Positions 1 to 8,223 of a stretch of DNA of 64,000 bases are shown piece by piece. The first letter of the stretch is position 1. Every line of letters starts with the position of its first letter. The notes under the pieces were generated by a model. The model was given only the letters and a program-made list of their open reading frames with translations. It was not told the origin of the DNA and did not search any database. Origin of the DNA: Candidatus Calditenuis fumarioli. Its GTDB lineage: Archaea > Thermoproteota > Nitrososphaeria_A > Caldarchaeales > Calditenuaceae. Location of the stretch: contig JANVYR010000001.1 of the NCBI GenBank assembly GCA_030059665.1, forward strand, positions 96,001 to 160,000, in the 5' to 3' direction. Both the position numbers and the translations under genes were made by a program.

Positions 1-76
1 TGTCGATCAGGCAGAGCGAGCTCTCGAGGACGTAAACGCCCTCGAGCCCCTTATGCACTCGTTGAGCTGCCTCCAT
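1..76 (-). CDS. Citrate synthase / 2-methylcitrate synthase, 5' end only (runs off the window)
   Basis: Manual translation from ATG at 76 gives MEAAQRVHKGLEGVYVLESSLCLID, the typical xxKGLEGV N-terminus of citrate synthases. It lies directly downstream of prpD and is not in the ORF track because it is truncated. Confidence 0.7.
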   Translation of the reverse strand, partial: MEAAQRVHKGLEGVYVLESSLCLID

Positions 77-205
77 GCATATTGTAAAATGCGTCCCCCT
101 CTTTTAAATTTAGTCCGACGGTTCGACGGGAGACCGAAAAGAAAGATTCGGCCTGCAGCGCTGACGGTCGGAGCGATCGAACCCTGCGGGGTTGGGGTTT
201 CGAGC

Positions 206-1570
206 TCACAACGCGAAGTGGGAGGTGATCCGCGATAGGTCGTCGAGCTCCGGGAGCCTCCAGGCCAGCCCGTGCAGCTCCTCCGCCCTCTCACGGCCGA
301 GGACTGGCGATGCAAGCCTGAGGAACTTCTCCGAGAGCTGTCGGTCGGTCATCGGGTTCCTGAAGTGTCCGGACGGGTAGATCACCTCCTCTGTGACGGT
401 CCTGCCGTCGGAGGTCCTCACGCTCACCCTGTTGGGCACCGCCTCGGGGTAGAGCTCGTCGTACCTCGGGTCGACCTCGACCCTCGTCCGGGACATGAGC
501 TCGAGGAGCCTGGGATCGCTCAGCTTGTCGGGCGTGTACGAGTCCGTCCATATGTCGCCGTCGAGCAGCGTCCTGACGGTTATGTAAGGCAGGCTGTGGT
601 CGGCGGTCTCCCTCGTCCTCGGCCTCCACTTCTCCGGGTCCTTCGCGATGATCTTGTGGGAGACGGTGAAGGTAGCGATCTCGATCGACTCGATCGCCGC
701 GCTTCCGATCCTCTCCTTGATCCTGATGGCAGCCTCGACCGCAGACATGGAGTGGTACTCGACGGGCCACCTCTTGATGCTGGTCCTCAGGAGCCTGAAG
801 GGTTCGCCGTCAACCCCTCCCAGCCTCGGCAGCTGGTGCATCCCGCCCGCAACGACCCTCCAGAATCCCATCTCGCCCTCGAAGATCGGTGAGGGACCGG
901 TCATGCCGTTGGACGCGAGGAGGGCCGCGAAGACCCCGTGTCTAGAGGCGTTCGCTGCCGCACAGCCCTTCCACATGCTGAGCTCCCCGGCCCTCGTCTG
1001 CCTCAGCGCAGCCGCGTTGACACCGGCGATGTTCACCGCCTGCTCCGCCCTCTCCGGATCGAGCCCCAGGAGCCTCGAGGCCCCCGCGGCCGCGCCGATC
1101 GCGATGTAAGCGACGTGATCGTACCCCCTGTCCCTCAGGGTGGCCGTGTCCGCGAGCGCCAGTGCAACCTCGTAAGCCACCGCGATGGAGGCGATCAGGT
1201 CACGGCCGGTTGCGCCGAGGGCCTCGGCCAGCGCGAGGAGCCCGGGTATCATGTCGCTCGGGTGAAGGGCCTCCCTCGAGAGGTACGTGTCGTTGAAGTC
1301 GAGGTACCTCACGGCGACCCCGTTGACGAACGCGGCCCAGTCGGGGGAGGATTTCGCTTTCGAGCCGAAGAGGGATGAGGGCCCGCCCGAAGCGAACCTC
1401 TCCGCGGCCCTTCTCGCGGCCTCGAGCGGCTCGGAGCCGTGGGCGCCGTACATCACCCCGAGCGAGTCGACGAACCTCCGAACGACCTCCCGCACGACCT
1501 GTTCCGGCAGGTCCCGGAAGCTCAGAGACGACGAGTACTCGGCGATCAGGCGCGCAGCGGTCCTCACCAA
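206..1570 (-). CDS. prpD: MmgE/PrpD family protein (2-methylcitrate dehydratase)
   Basis: 454 aa with LDFNDTY, HPSD, LSMWKG and GHFRNPM motifs of the PrpD family. Confidence 0.9.
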   Translation of the reverse strand: MVRTAARLIAEYSSSLSFRDLPEQVVREVVRRFVDSLGVMYGAHGSEPLEAARRAAERFASGGPSSLFGSKAKSSPDWAAFVNGVAVRYLDFNDTYLSREALHPSDMIPGLLALAEALGATGRDLIASIAVAYEVALALADTATLRDRGYDHVAYIAIGAAAGASRLLGLDPERAEQAVNIAGVNAAALRQTRAGELSMWKGCAAANASRHGVFAALLASNGMTGPSPIFEGEMGFWRVVAGGMHQLPRLGGVDGEPFRLLRTSIKRWPVEYHSMSAVEAAIRIKERIGSAAIESIEIATFTVSHKIIAKDPEKWRPRTRETADHSLPYITVRTLLDGDIWTDSYTPDKLSDPRLLELMSRTRVEVDPRYDELYPEAVPNRVSVRTSDGRTVTEEVIYPSGHFRNPMTDRQLSEKFLRLASPVLGRERAEELHGLAWRLPELDDLSRITSHFAL

Positions 1571-1609
1571 GTCGGACTCACCGCGTTCCTCGCAATTCCC
1601 ATCAACAGA

Positions 1610-2371
1610 TCAACCCTCCTCCCTCGTAGGCCTTGTGGCCGCGTGGGCACCAGCTGTGACGTCGATCCTCGAGATGGCCCTGAGGACTGCCCTGCCTACC
1701 CTCTCGACGTGGCCCTTGAGCTCCTCGGCGTGGTGCATAGGAACGTGCTCCACGAGGTTGTCGCTCACCAGAAGTGCCGCACCCGACTTGACGCCGCGCA
1801 TCATGCAGATCCCGAATACCGTGGCGCACTCCATCTCCACGGAGATGTACCCGCGGCCGACCCACTTCCTGACGAACTCGGGGTCCTCGGCGTAGAAGGC
1901 GTCGCTAGAGAAGACCGGCCCGATGAAGTGCCTTATGCCTTCCCGCTCGAGCTCCTCGACCGTCGCCCTCAGGACGTCGAAGGAGGGCACCGGGGTTATC
2001 CTGGCGTCAGGGATGTACTGGAGCAACGGGCCGCTGACGTACGCCGCTCCGGTGGGAACCACCACGTCGCCTATCCTCATCCCCGGGAGGAAGGCCCCTG
2101 TGGTGCCGAGCCTGAAGATCAGCCTCGATCCAAGCATGATCAGCTCCTCGACGATCCCCGCAGCTGACGAGCCGCCGACCCCGTGGGTCGCAACGGTGAC
2201 TCGCACGCCGCCGAACCTGCCGGTGTAGGTCAGGAAGCCCCTGCTCTCGTTCACCAGCTTGGCGTCCTCCAGAAGCCCCGCCAGCTGCCTCGCCCTCGCG
2301 GGATCCCCCACCACGATCGAGCGCTCGGCGATCTCCCCTGGTTTAGCCCTGATGAAGACCGGCTCCGGCAC
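1610..2371 (-). CDS. Purine/uridine nucleoside phosphorylase (PNP_UDP_1 family)
   Basis: VGDPARAR, THGVGG, RLGTTGA and SVEMECA motifs. Start re-set to GTG 2371 (VPEPVFIRAK); the longer ORF to 2659 overlaps the Ub gene. Confidence 0.9.
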   Translation of the reverse strand: MPEPVFIRAKPGEIAERSIVVGDPARARQLAGLLEDAKLVNESRGFLTYTGRFGGVRVTVATHGVGGSSAAGIVEELIMLGSRLIFRLGTTGAFLPGMRIGDVVVPTGAAYVSGPLLQYIPDARITPVPSFDVLRATVEELEREGIRHFIGPVFSSDAFYAEDPEFVRKWVGRGYISVEMECATVFGICMMRGVKSGAALLVSDNLVEHVPMHHAEELKGHVERVGRAVLRAISRIDVTAGAHAATRPTREEG

Positions 2372-2488
2372 GCGGCCCGTCCCCCGCTGGGCCTTTTGAG
2401 CTTTCCCCCCAGCCTGAACTGAACGGATCGGTCGAAGGTTCCGACCCCGCTGATTCTTACCGGCAGGGGAACGCGGCCACGGAATCAC

Positions 2489-2496
2489 TTTTATTA
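2489..2496 (+). promoter_or_regulatory. TATA box of the ubiquitin operon (probably leaderless transcript)
   Basis: TTTTATTA in a GC-rich background, about 27 nt upstream of the Ub ATG at 2523. Confidence 0.55.
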
Positions 2497-2522
2497 GGGG
2501 TAGTTGCGGACTCGTCCCAGCG

Positions 2523-2759
2523 ATGAAGGTCAGGATCGTGCCGGCGGTTGGTGGAGGGCCCCCTTTGGAGATAGACGTTCCTCCCTCAACGACCATCGGG
2601 GCGATCAAGCTCAGGGTCTGCGCGATGAAGAAGCTCAGGCCCGACGACACCCGTCTCACCTACAAGAACAGGGCCCTCAGCGACACTGAAACGCTCGAGT
2701 CGGCCGGGGTCTCCGACGGCGACAAGCTCGTCCTCGTGACAAGGACCGTCGGGGGCTGA
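2523..2759 (+). CDS. Eukaryote-type ubiquitin homologue (beta-grasp) ending in GG
   Basis: 78 aa with a ubiquitin-like pattern (TIGAIK...RLTYKNRALSDTETL...VLVTRTVGG-stop), directly upstream of E2 and E1. Confidence 0.92.
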   Translation: MKVRIVPAVGGGPPLEIDVPPSTTIGAIKLRVCAMKKLRPDDTRLTYKNRALSDTETLESAGVSDGDKLVLVTRTVGG

Positions 2760-2763
2760 GCGG

Positions 2764-3267
2764 TTGCAGAGGGAGGTCCAGGAGCAGATCGGCTTCATGC
2801 CGGAGCCCCTCTGGTTCAAGAGGATAGCGCTGGAGTACCAGCTGATCAGGAACTACGAGCCCACCTTCGACGCCGTCGACGGCGACCTCACCCATTACAG
2901 AGGCGTCATAGTGGGGACGGGCTACTACGAGGGCGGTTTCTTCCTGGTGGAGATCTTCCTGGACCGCACCTTCCCCTACACGCCCCCCAGGGTGGTCTGG
3001 CACACCAGGATCTGGCACCCCAACTTCACCGATGAATCGCCAGCGAGGATCTGTGAGTCGATCCTGACGAAGGACTGGCACCCCAACACCAACGTGATAG
3101 CTGTGATCGAGGCGCTGAAGAACCTCCTCTCCAACCCCAACCCCGACGACCCGCTCAACGCATGGGCGGCCTACGAGATGAAGAACTCCTTCCACACCTT
3201 CATCGCAAGGGTCCGGCAGTACATCGAGCTGTACGCGTCCCCGGAGAAGGTGCTGAGGCAAGGGTAA
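2764..3267 (+). CDS. Ubiquitin-conjugating enzyme E2 (UBC fold)
   Basis: FPYTPPRV, WHPNF (HPN motif), catalytic Cys in RICESIL, DWHP and PNPDDPLN. Start is TTG 2764 or ATG 2797. Confidence 0.95.
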   Translation: MQREVQEQIGFMPEPLWFKRIALEYQLIRNYEPTFDAVDGDLTHYRGVIVGTGYYEGGFFLVEIFLDRTFPYTPPRVVWHTRIWHPNFTDESPARICESILTKDWHPNTNVIAVIEALKNLLSNPNPDDPLNAWAAYEMKNSFHTFIARVRQYIELYASPEKVLRQG

Positions 3268-3271
3268 CGAC

Positions 3272-4456
3272 TTGAGCGCAGGGAGCGAGCTGAGCGAGCG
3301 CTACGACCGCCAGATGCGGATCTCCGGATGGAACCAAGAGCTGGTCAGCGGAGCCTCCGTGCTGATCGCCGGCGTAGGAGCCCTCGGCTGCGAGGTCGCC
3401 AAGAACCTCGCCCTCTCCGGTGTCGGCAGGATAGTCTTGGTGGATCGGGACGTCGTGGAGCTCAGCAACCTGAACAGGCAGATGCTCTTCGACGAGTCCG
3501 ACATAGGGAGGAAGAAGGCGGAGGCTGGCGCTGAGAAGCTGAGGGCCATGAACCCCCACATCAGGATCGAGGCCTACCCCTCAGACCTGAGGGACCTCCC
3601 CGCGGAGCTCTTCGCCTCGGTCGACGTGATCTGCTCGTGCCTCGACAGCTGGGGCATCAGGAGGTGGCTCAACTCCGTCGCGGTCCTGAACAACAAACCC
3701 CTCGTCGACGGCGGCATCGAGGGCATGGTCGGGAACGTGCAGGTCGTGATCCCGGGCAGAACCGCGTGCCTCGAGTGCCACGGGACCACCCTCATCCCGC
3801 AGGAGGAGAGGATGGCCGAGTGCACGCTCCGACGGAGGAGGCCGGAGGAGCTGATCGAGGACCTCAAAGCTCAGGGCCTCGAGATCTCCCGAGAGCAGGC
3901 GGAGGCCCTCTTCAGGCACAACCTGAAGACCGTCTTCGACCTGAAGTACACGCCACCCGAGTCGGTCCCAGACGGAGAGGTCAGGTCGCTCCTCGAGTCC
4001 ATCAGGGAGAAGCTCAAGCCGAGGATGCCGGCAGTCCAGAGCGTCTCGTCCGTGATCGCCGGGATCGTCTCGACCGAGGTGCTGAAGATAATCCACCGCG
4101 GATCCATCGGTAGACCCATGAGGGGCCTGCTGGTCTACGACGCCTCCAACTCGAGGTTCACGAGGGTGCCTCTGAAGAGGATGGAGAACTGCATAGTCTG
4201 CGGCCAGGTGGACACCTCACCGCCCGAGGTCACCCTGGAGGACGGCGCCACCGTTTACAGGCTCAAGGAGGTGATAGCGGAGAGGTTCGGCTTCCCGGAT
4301 GCGGAGGTGATCCACGGTACCCGCGTGCTCGGGGAAGACGCGCCGCTCTCCTCCGTCCTCGGGCCGTCCGGGGAAGGGCTCCTGTACGTTGTCACGACGA
4401 GGAGGTACGAGCCCCTTCCCATCGTCGTCAAGCTCAGGGCACCGGGAGACCGGTAG
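3272..4456 (+). CDS. Ubiquitin-activating enzyme E1-like (ThiF/UBA adenylation domain, catalytic Cys, C-terminal ubiquitin-fold domain)
   Basis: YDRQ, GVGALG, SNLNRQMLF, two CxxC zinc pairs (CLEC, CIVC), ECT-type catalytic Cys with a helical insert, and a C-terminal Ub-fold-like segment. Confidence 0.93.
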   Translation: MSAGSELSERYDRQMRISGWNQELVSGASVLIAGVGALGCEVAKNLALSGVGRIVLVDRDVVELSNLNRQMLFDESDIGRKKAEAGAEKLRAMNPHIRIEAYPSDLRDLPAELFASVDVICSCLDSWGIRRWLNSVAVLNNKPLVDGGIEGMVGNVQVVIPGRTACLECHGTTLIPQEERMAECTLRRRRPEELIEDLKAQGLEISREQAEALFRHNLKTVFDLKYTPPESVPDGEVRSLLESIREKLKPRMPAVQSVSSVIAGIVSTEVLKIIHRGSIGRPMRGLLVYDASNSRFTRVPLKRMENCIVCGQVDTSPPEVTLEDGATVYRLKEVIAERFGFPDAEVIHGTRVLGEDAPLSSVLGPSGEGLLYVVTTRRYEPLPIVVKLRAPGDR

Positions 4457-4507
4457 TGCTTCGGGAAAGGACAAAAGGACGCATGCCCTCTGTTCCCGGG
4501 TAGGAGG

Positions 4508-5071
4508 ATGGCGTCGGACGAGGAGGGAGCTGGCAGGTCCCAGGAGCTCGCGGAGCTGAAGTCCTGGCTTGAGAGGAGGATCTCGGAGCTCTCGGCAGAG
4601 CTGGAGAGGCTGCGCGCGGTCATGAGGTACGTCGACGAGCTCCTCGCCGAGTCGAGCTTCAGGAGGGCCGACTCCCTGGTCACGAGGAGAGCGACCGAGG
4701 AGATGAGGGCGCCGCATCCGGAGGAGAGGCCGTCCCTGAGGACGATCAGGAGCAGATCCGGAACCGCACTGGCCACCCTCACCTACACGCAGGACGTCGC
4801 CAGGTTCGTGCTGAACCCTGACATCGTGGTTACGAAGGACCACAGGCCCTTCGCATCGTTCCTGCTGAAGAAGGTCCTCGAGGGCTACGTCAACCAGGAC
4901 ATGGAGCTGGTGAGCAGGGGCCTGCTCGACGCGAACCTCGCTTTCAGCTACGAGGTGGTCTACGAGGGCGAGAGGGTCAAGGAGATCGAGGTGAGGAATT
5001 ACCGGGAGGAGGCGAGGTTGAGGGAGATCATCAACGCCGTCCGTTGGACGCTCGAGACCGCGCTTGCCTGA
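4508..5071 (+). CDS. Hypothetical protein with N-terminal coiled coil
   Basis: 187 aa with heptad-like ELKSWLERRISELSAELERLRAV; co-oriented 51 bp after E1; host-like codon usage. Confidence 0.7.
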   Translation: MASDEEGAGRSQELAELKSWLERRISELSAELERLRAVMRYVDELLAESSFRRADSLVTRRATEEMRAPHPEERPSLRTIRSRSGTALATLTYTQDVARFVLNPDIVVTKDHRPFASFLLKKVLEGYVNQDMELVSRGLLDANLAFSYEVVYEGERVKEIEVRNYREEARLREIINAVRWTLETALA

Positions 5072-5086
5072 TCGCTCCTCCTCCGA

Positions 5087-5962
5087 TCAAGCCTGCGACT
5101 GGCTCCCAACAGAGACGTCCTCGGCCGGTCTCCAGACGTCCCTCAGGCGGTCCATCAGCGTCCTCCTGAGCCTGACCGTAACGTTCCTCGAGACCTCGAT
5201 CATCTCGTCGAGGAGGGACTCCGGTATCAGGCCCGGCGAGTCCTTCTGGATGGCCGCCAGCTCGTCGTCCGTTCCCCACCCTATCACGATCGAGGCGTCC
5301 AGCGCCGGCTCCTCAAGCGCCGTCGGGTCCACGATCACCTTGTCCCTGAGGATCCCGATCATCGCCGCGGTCGGGAGCTTCACCAGCGGAAGCGGCACCC
5401 TCTCGCCAGCGACCTTCGTGACCACCCCGTTCTGGACCTCGTACCTCTGGACCCTTGCCGATGCGAGGGCAGCGGTGGCCGCCAGAACCGCAGGCGCGAA
5501 GTAGTCGCCGTCGAAGTCGAGGACGTAGACGTCGACGTAGACGACTCCCACCTTCTGACCCGGGACGTAGACCAGCTGGTCCAGCCGGAGTGCCTGCGAC
5601 TCCCTGATGCACCTGTCGACGAACCTGGAGAGTTCTATCGCGTTCTCGTCCGGAGGCCCCGGCTCGAAGGTCCTCGACGCGAGGGGTAGGAGCTCCGCGT
5701 TGACCGTCAGGTTCCCCTTGTCAGGCGTGTCGGGGTAAGGCGACCCCAGATCGTACTTCACGCCAGCGACGACCCTCGTCTTCCCGAGCGTGACCATCGC
5801 CGAGCCCTCCGCCTTCTCGACCACGTTCAGCTCCACCGAGACGGGCCTGTGCTGGAGGAGGCCCCTGCCGTCGATCCGTCTGCCCTGGAGCAGCAGCTCG
5901 TACAGCTTCCTCTGCAGTATCTGCGTCGGGTAGGGCTTCTCGCCGAGCCGGAAGACGCTCAA
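5087..5962 (-). CDS. rrp42: Exosome subunit Rrp42
   Basis: RNase PH fold (RIDGR, GSAMVTLGKTRV, GPPDENAIEL, VDPTALEE); adjacent to rrp41. Confidence 0.95.
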   Translation of the reverse strand: MSVFRLGEKPYPTQILQRKLYELLLQGRRIDGRGLLQHRPVSVELNVVEKAEGSAMVTLGKTRVVAGVKYDLGSPYPDTPDKGNLTVNAELLPLASRTFEPGPPDENAIELSRFVDRCIRESQALRLDQLVYVPGQKVGVVYVDVYVLDFDGDYFAPAVLAATAALASARVQRYEVQNGVVTKVAGERVPLPLVKLPTAAMIGILRDKVIVDPTALEEPALDASIVIGWGTDDELAAIQKDSPGLIPESLLDEMIEVSRNVTVRLRRTLMDRLRDVWRPAEDVSVGSQSQA

Positions 5963-5963
5963 C

Positions 5964-6692
5964 TCAATCGGTCACCTCTCCGTAGGCCGCGAACCTCTTC
6001 TGGAGCGCCTTCTTCTGGGCCTCGTAGAGGACCTCTATCCCCTTCTTGGCCATACGCATGGCCTCCGAGAACTCCTCCCTCGTGAGCCGGCCGTTTAGCT
6101 GGAGCAGCACGATCGAGTTTATCGAGGGAGCCATCCCAACCGGCAGGTCGGCCTCGCAGTTCTTGTCCTCCTCCTCGCTCAGGTCCAGGACCAGCCTACC
6201 GGCAACCTTACCCACGGCGACGCCCGCAACGAGATCGGCCATAGGAATCCCAGCGTCGGCCAGCGCCAGAGAGGCGGCCGTGAGCCCTGCGGTCCTGGTT
6301 CCTGCGTCGGCCTGGATCACCTCCACGAAGACCTCGATCATCGACCTCGGGTACTCCTCCAGGAACAGGACGCTCTCCAGGGCCTCCCTGATGACCTTCG
6401 AGAGCTCGTGCTCCCTCCTCGTCATCCCAGGGGCCTTCCTCTCGGAGACGCTGAAGGTCGCCATGTGGTACCTGCACTGGAGGATGGCCCTGTGGGGCTG
6501 CGCGATATGCCTCGGATGCGCCTCCTTCGGGCCGTAAACCGCGGCGTAGATCTTGGTCTTCCCCATCTCGATGTAGGCGGAGCCGTCGGCGTTCTCCAGG
6601 ACCCCGACCTCCATCCTGAAGGGCCTCAGCTCGTCGGGCTTCCTGCCGTCGACGCGGGTACCGTCCTCCCTGATGAGCAATGCCTTCTCCAT
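5964..6692 (-). CDS. rrp41: Exosome catalytic subunit Rrp41
   Basis: [37 protein letters not shown] 6692 overlaps the rrp4 stop. Confidence 0.95.
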   Translation of the reverse strand: MEKALLIREDGTRVDGRKPDELRPFRMEVGVLENADGSAYIEMGKTKIYAAVYGPKEAHPRHIAQPHRAILQCRYHMATFSVSERKAPGMTRREHELSKVIREALESVLFLEEYPRSMIEVFVEVIQADAGTRTAGLTAASLALADAGIPMADLVAGVAVGKVAGRLVLDLSEEEDKNCEADLPVGMAPSINSIVLLQLNGRLTREEFSEAMRMAKKGIEVLYEAQKKALQKRFAAYGEVTD

Positions 6693-7378
6693 CACTCCTC
6701 CACCAGCTCCTCCCAAAGCGCCCTCCTCAAGACCCCCATCACCTTCTCCTTAAGGCCCTCGAGCGTCGGCTCGGTATCGACCAGCCTGATCGCCGACGCG
6801 GCTGCGAACTCGTTCTTCGTCGACGGCCCGACGATCGCGATGTAGCCGTTCATGCCGATGTAGAGCTTGCACTGGGACTCGCGCTCGATGGTCTCTTGGA
6901 GCTCCCTGTCCCGCACCAGCAACCTCGGTACCCTCGTGGGCGACATGGTGACTATGAAACCCCGGGTTATCCTGTGGGCGTCCTTTCCTCCCTTCAGCAT
7001 CACGCCCTTCACCCCCGCGAAGGCGATGGCCGTGTAGATCACGTCGCCTATCGTGACCTGGGACTCCTTCCCGGACTTCTTCGCTTTCTTGGCCCTGAGG
7101 ATGCCGGTTATGCCCCAGCCGAGGTCGAGCTCGTAATAACTCGGCTTGATGTCGACGACGATCCCTATCACCCGGTCGTTCTCCCTCGGCTTGTAGGGCC
7201 CCCTGGCCGGAATCACCTCAGCCTTCTGACCCCTGATCCTCACCATGCCCGCAACGGCCGAGCGGACCAGACCTCCGTGGACGTAGGTGAACCTACCTGC
7301 CTTGGTCCTCTCGTCCGTCAGCGGCTGCCCTGGCAGGACGAAGTCCTTGTCGTTCACCAGCTCGGTCAAAGTTCGCAC
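6692..7378 (-). CDS. rrp4: Exosome RNA-binding subunit Rrp4 (S1 + KH)
   Basis: [28 protein letters not shown]; conserved position in the operon. Confidence 0.9.
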   Translation of the reverse strand: MRTLTELVNDKDFVLPGQPLTDERTKAGRFTYVHGGLVRSAVAGMVRIRGQKAEVIPARGPYKPRENDRVIGIVVDIKPSYYELDLGWGITGILRAKKAKKSGKESQVTIGDVIYTAIAFAGVKGVMLKGGKDAHRITRGFIVTMSPTRVPRLLVRDRELQETIERESQCKLYIGMNGYIAIVGPSTKNEFAAASAIRLVDTEPTLEGLKEKVMGVLRRALWEELVEE

Positions 7379-7427
7379 CTTCCTATATCACGAACGCCAT
7401 GTTCATTAATGAATCGGTTCCCCTCGG

Positions 7428-8114
7428 TCAGAGGGCCCTGACGTCACCCTTCCCCGAGGTTATCTTCATCACGCGCTCGGTGATCTCCGCCAGAAGCCCG
7501 GCAGGCGCCTCGACCTGGCAGACCCAGGTGCCGTCGCCCTTCCACTCCTCCCTGCTCAGCTTACCGATGCCCCTCAGGTATGACGCGACCCTCGGCTGGA
7601 ACTCCCCTGGGACCCGGACCTCGAAGACCCTCAACGCGATCTTGATGGGGAGCACCGGCCTCAACCTCTCGATCACCTTCCCCACCTGGTCGGAGGGCTC
7701 CGCGAACGGGTCGATCTGGACGCCCACCTCCTCCATCGCGAGCTCGATCCGCTGCGGCGGTATCGGGGCGTTGGTCCTCGGGTCGACCGCGTTCCTCGAG
7801 ATCAGGTCGATGATCTTCCGCCTCTTCTCCTCGATCAGTGCCCTCCTCTGCTCAGCCGTCACCTGGAGGTCTCCCTCCTTGAGGATCACGATGGCTATCT
7901 GGTAGGGGTCGGTGGTCCCGAAGGCCTTCCTCAGCTCCTCCTCCTTGGCCCTGATCCCCTTCTTAGCGTCCCTGAAGACCTCCGGGTAGACGAGGACCTT
8001 CTGGGAGGGCTGGGCCTGACCGAGCTTGATCTTCAGGGCCAGGTCCGGCTCCACCAGGACCTCGAAGGTCGTCCCCTTCCTGCTGATCCTGGCCACCGTG
8101 TACTGCTGCGGCAT
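7428..8114 (-). CDS. Ribosome maturation protein SBDS/Sdo1
   Basis: FEVLV, VFRDAKKG, FGTTD, DPRTNAPIPPQRIE; first gene of the exosome operon. Confidence 0.95.
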   Translation of the reverse strand: MPQQYTVARISRKGTTFEVLVEPDLALKIKLGQAQPSQKVLVYPEVFRDAKKGIRAKEEELRKAFGTTDPYQIAIVILKEGDLQVTAEQRRALIEEKRRKIIDLISRNAVDPRTNAPIPPQRIELAMEEVGVQIDPFAEPSDQVGKVIERLRPVLPIKIALRVFEVRVPGEFQPRVASYLRGIGKLSREEWKGDGTWVCQVEAPAGLLAEITERVMKITSGKGDVRAL

Positions 8115-8223
8115 CCCACCCTGCAACCTCTTCCGAACCTAAATGCCTTGTCTGGGAGGCGGTAACAGAAAGGGGTGGGGATTCACGGTATTTTGGTGAG
8201 GGCCGATCCCGTTGAGGCAGGCG

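Noticed and set aside
2757-2759. TGA after the ubiquitin GG read as selenocysteine, since a homologue is recalled to have Cys here
   Set aside because: No SECIS or Sec machinery is evident, readthrough gives a long non-homologous tail overlapping E2, and a stop yields a perfect mature Ub.
7931-7943. 13-nt match (TCAGCTCCTCCTC) between spacer 11 and the SBDS gene, suggesting self-targeting
   Set aside because: The match is short, low-complexity Glu-Glu-Leu codon sequence and the flanks do not match; it is expected by chance.
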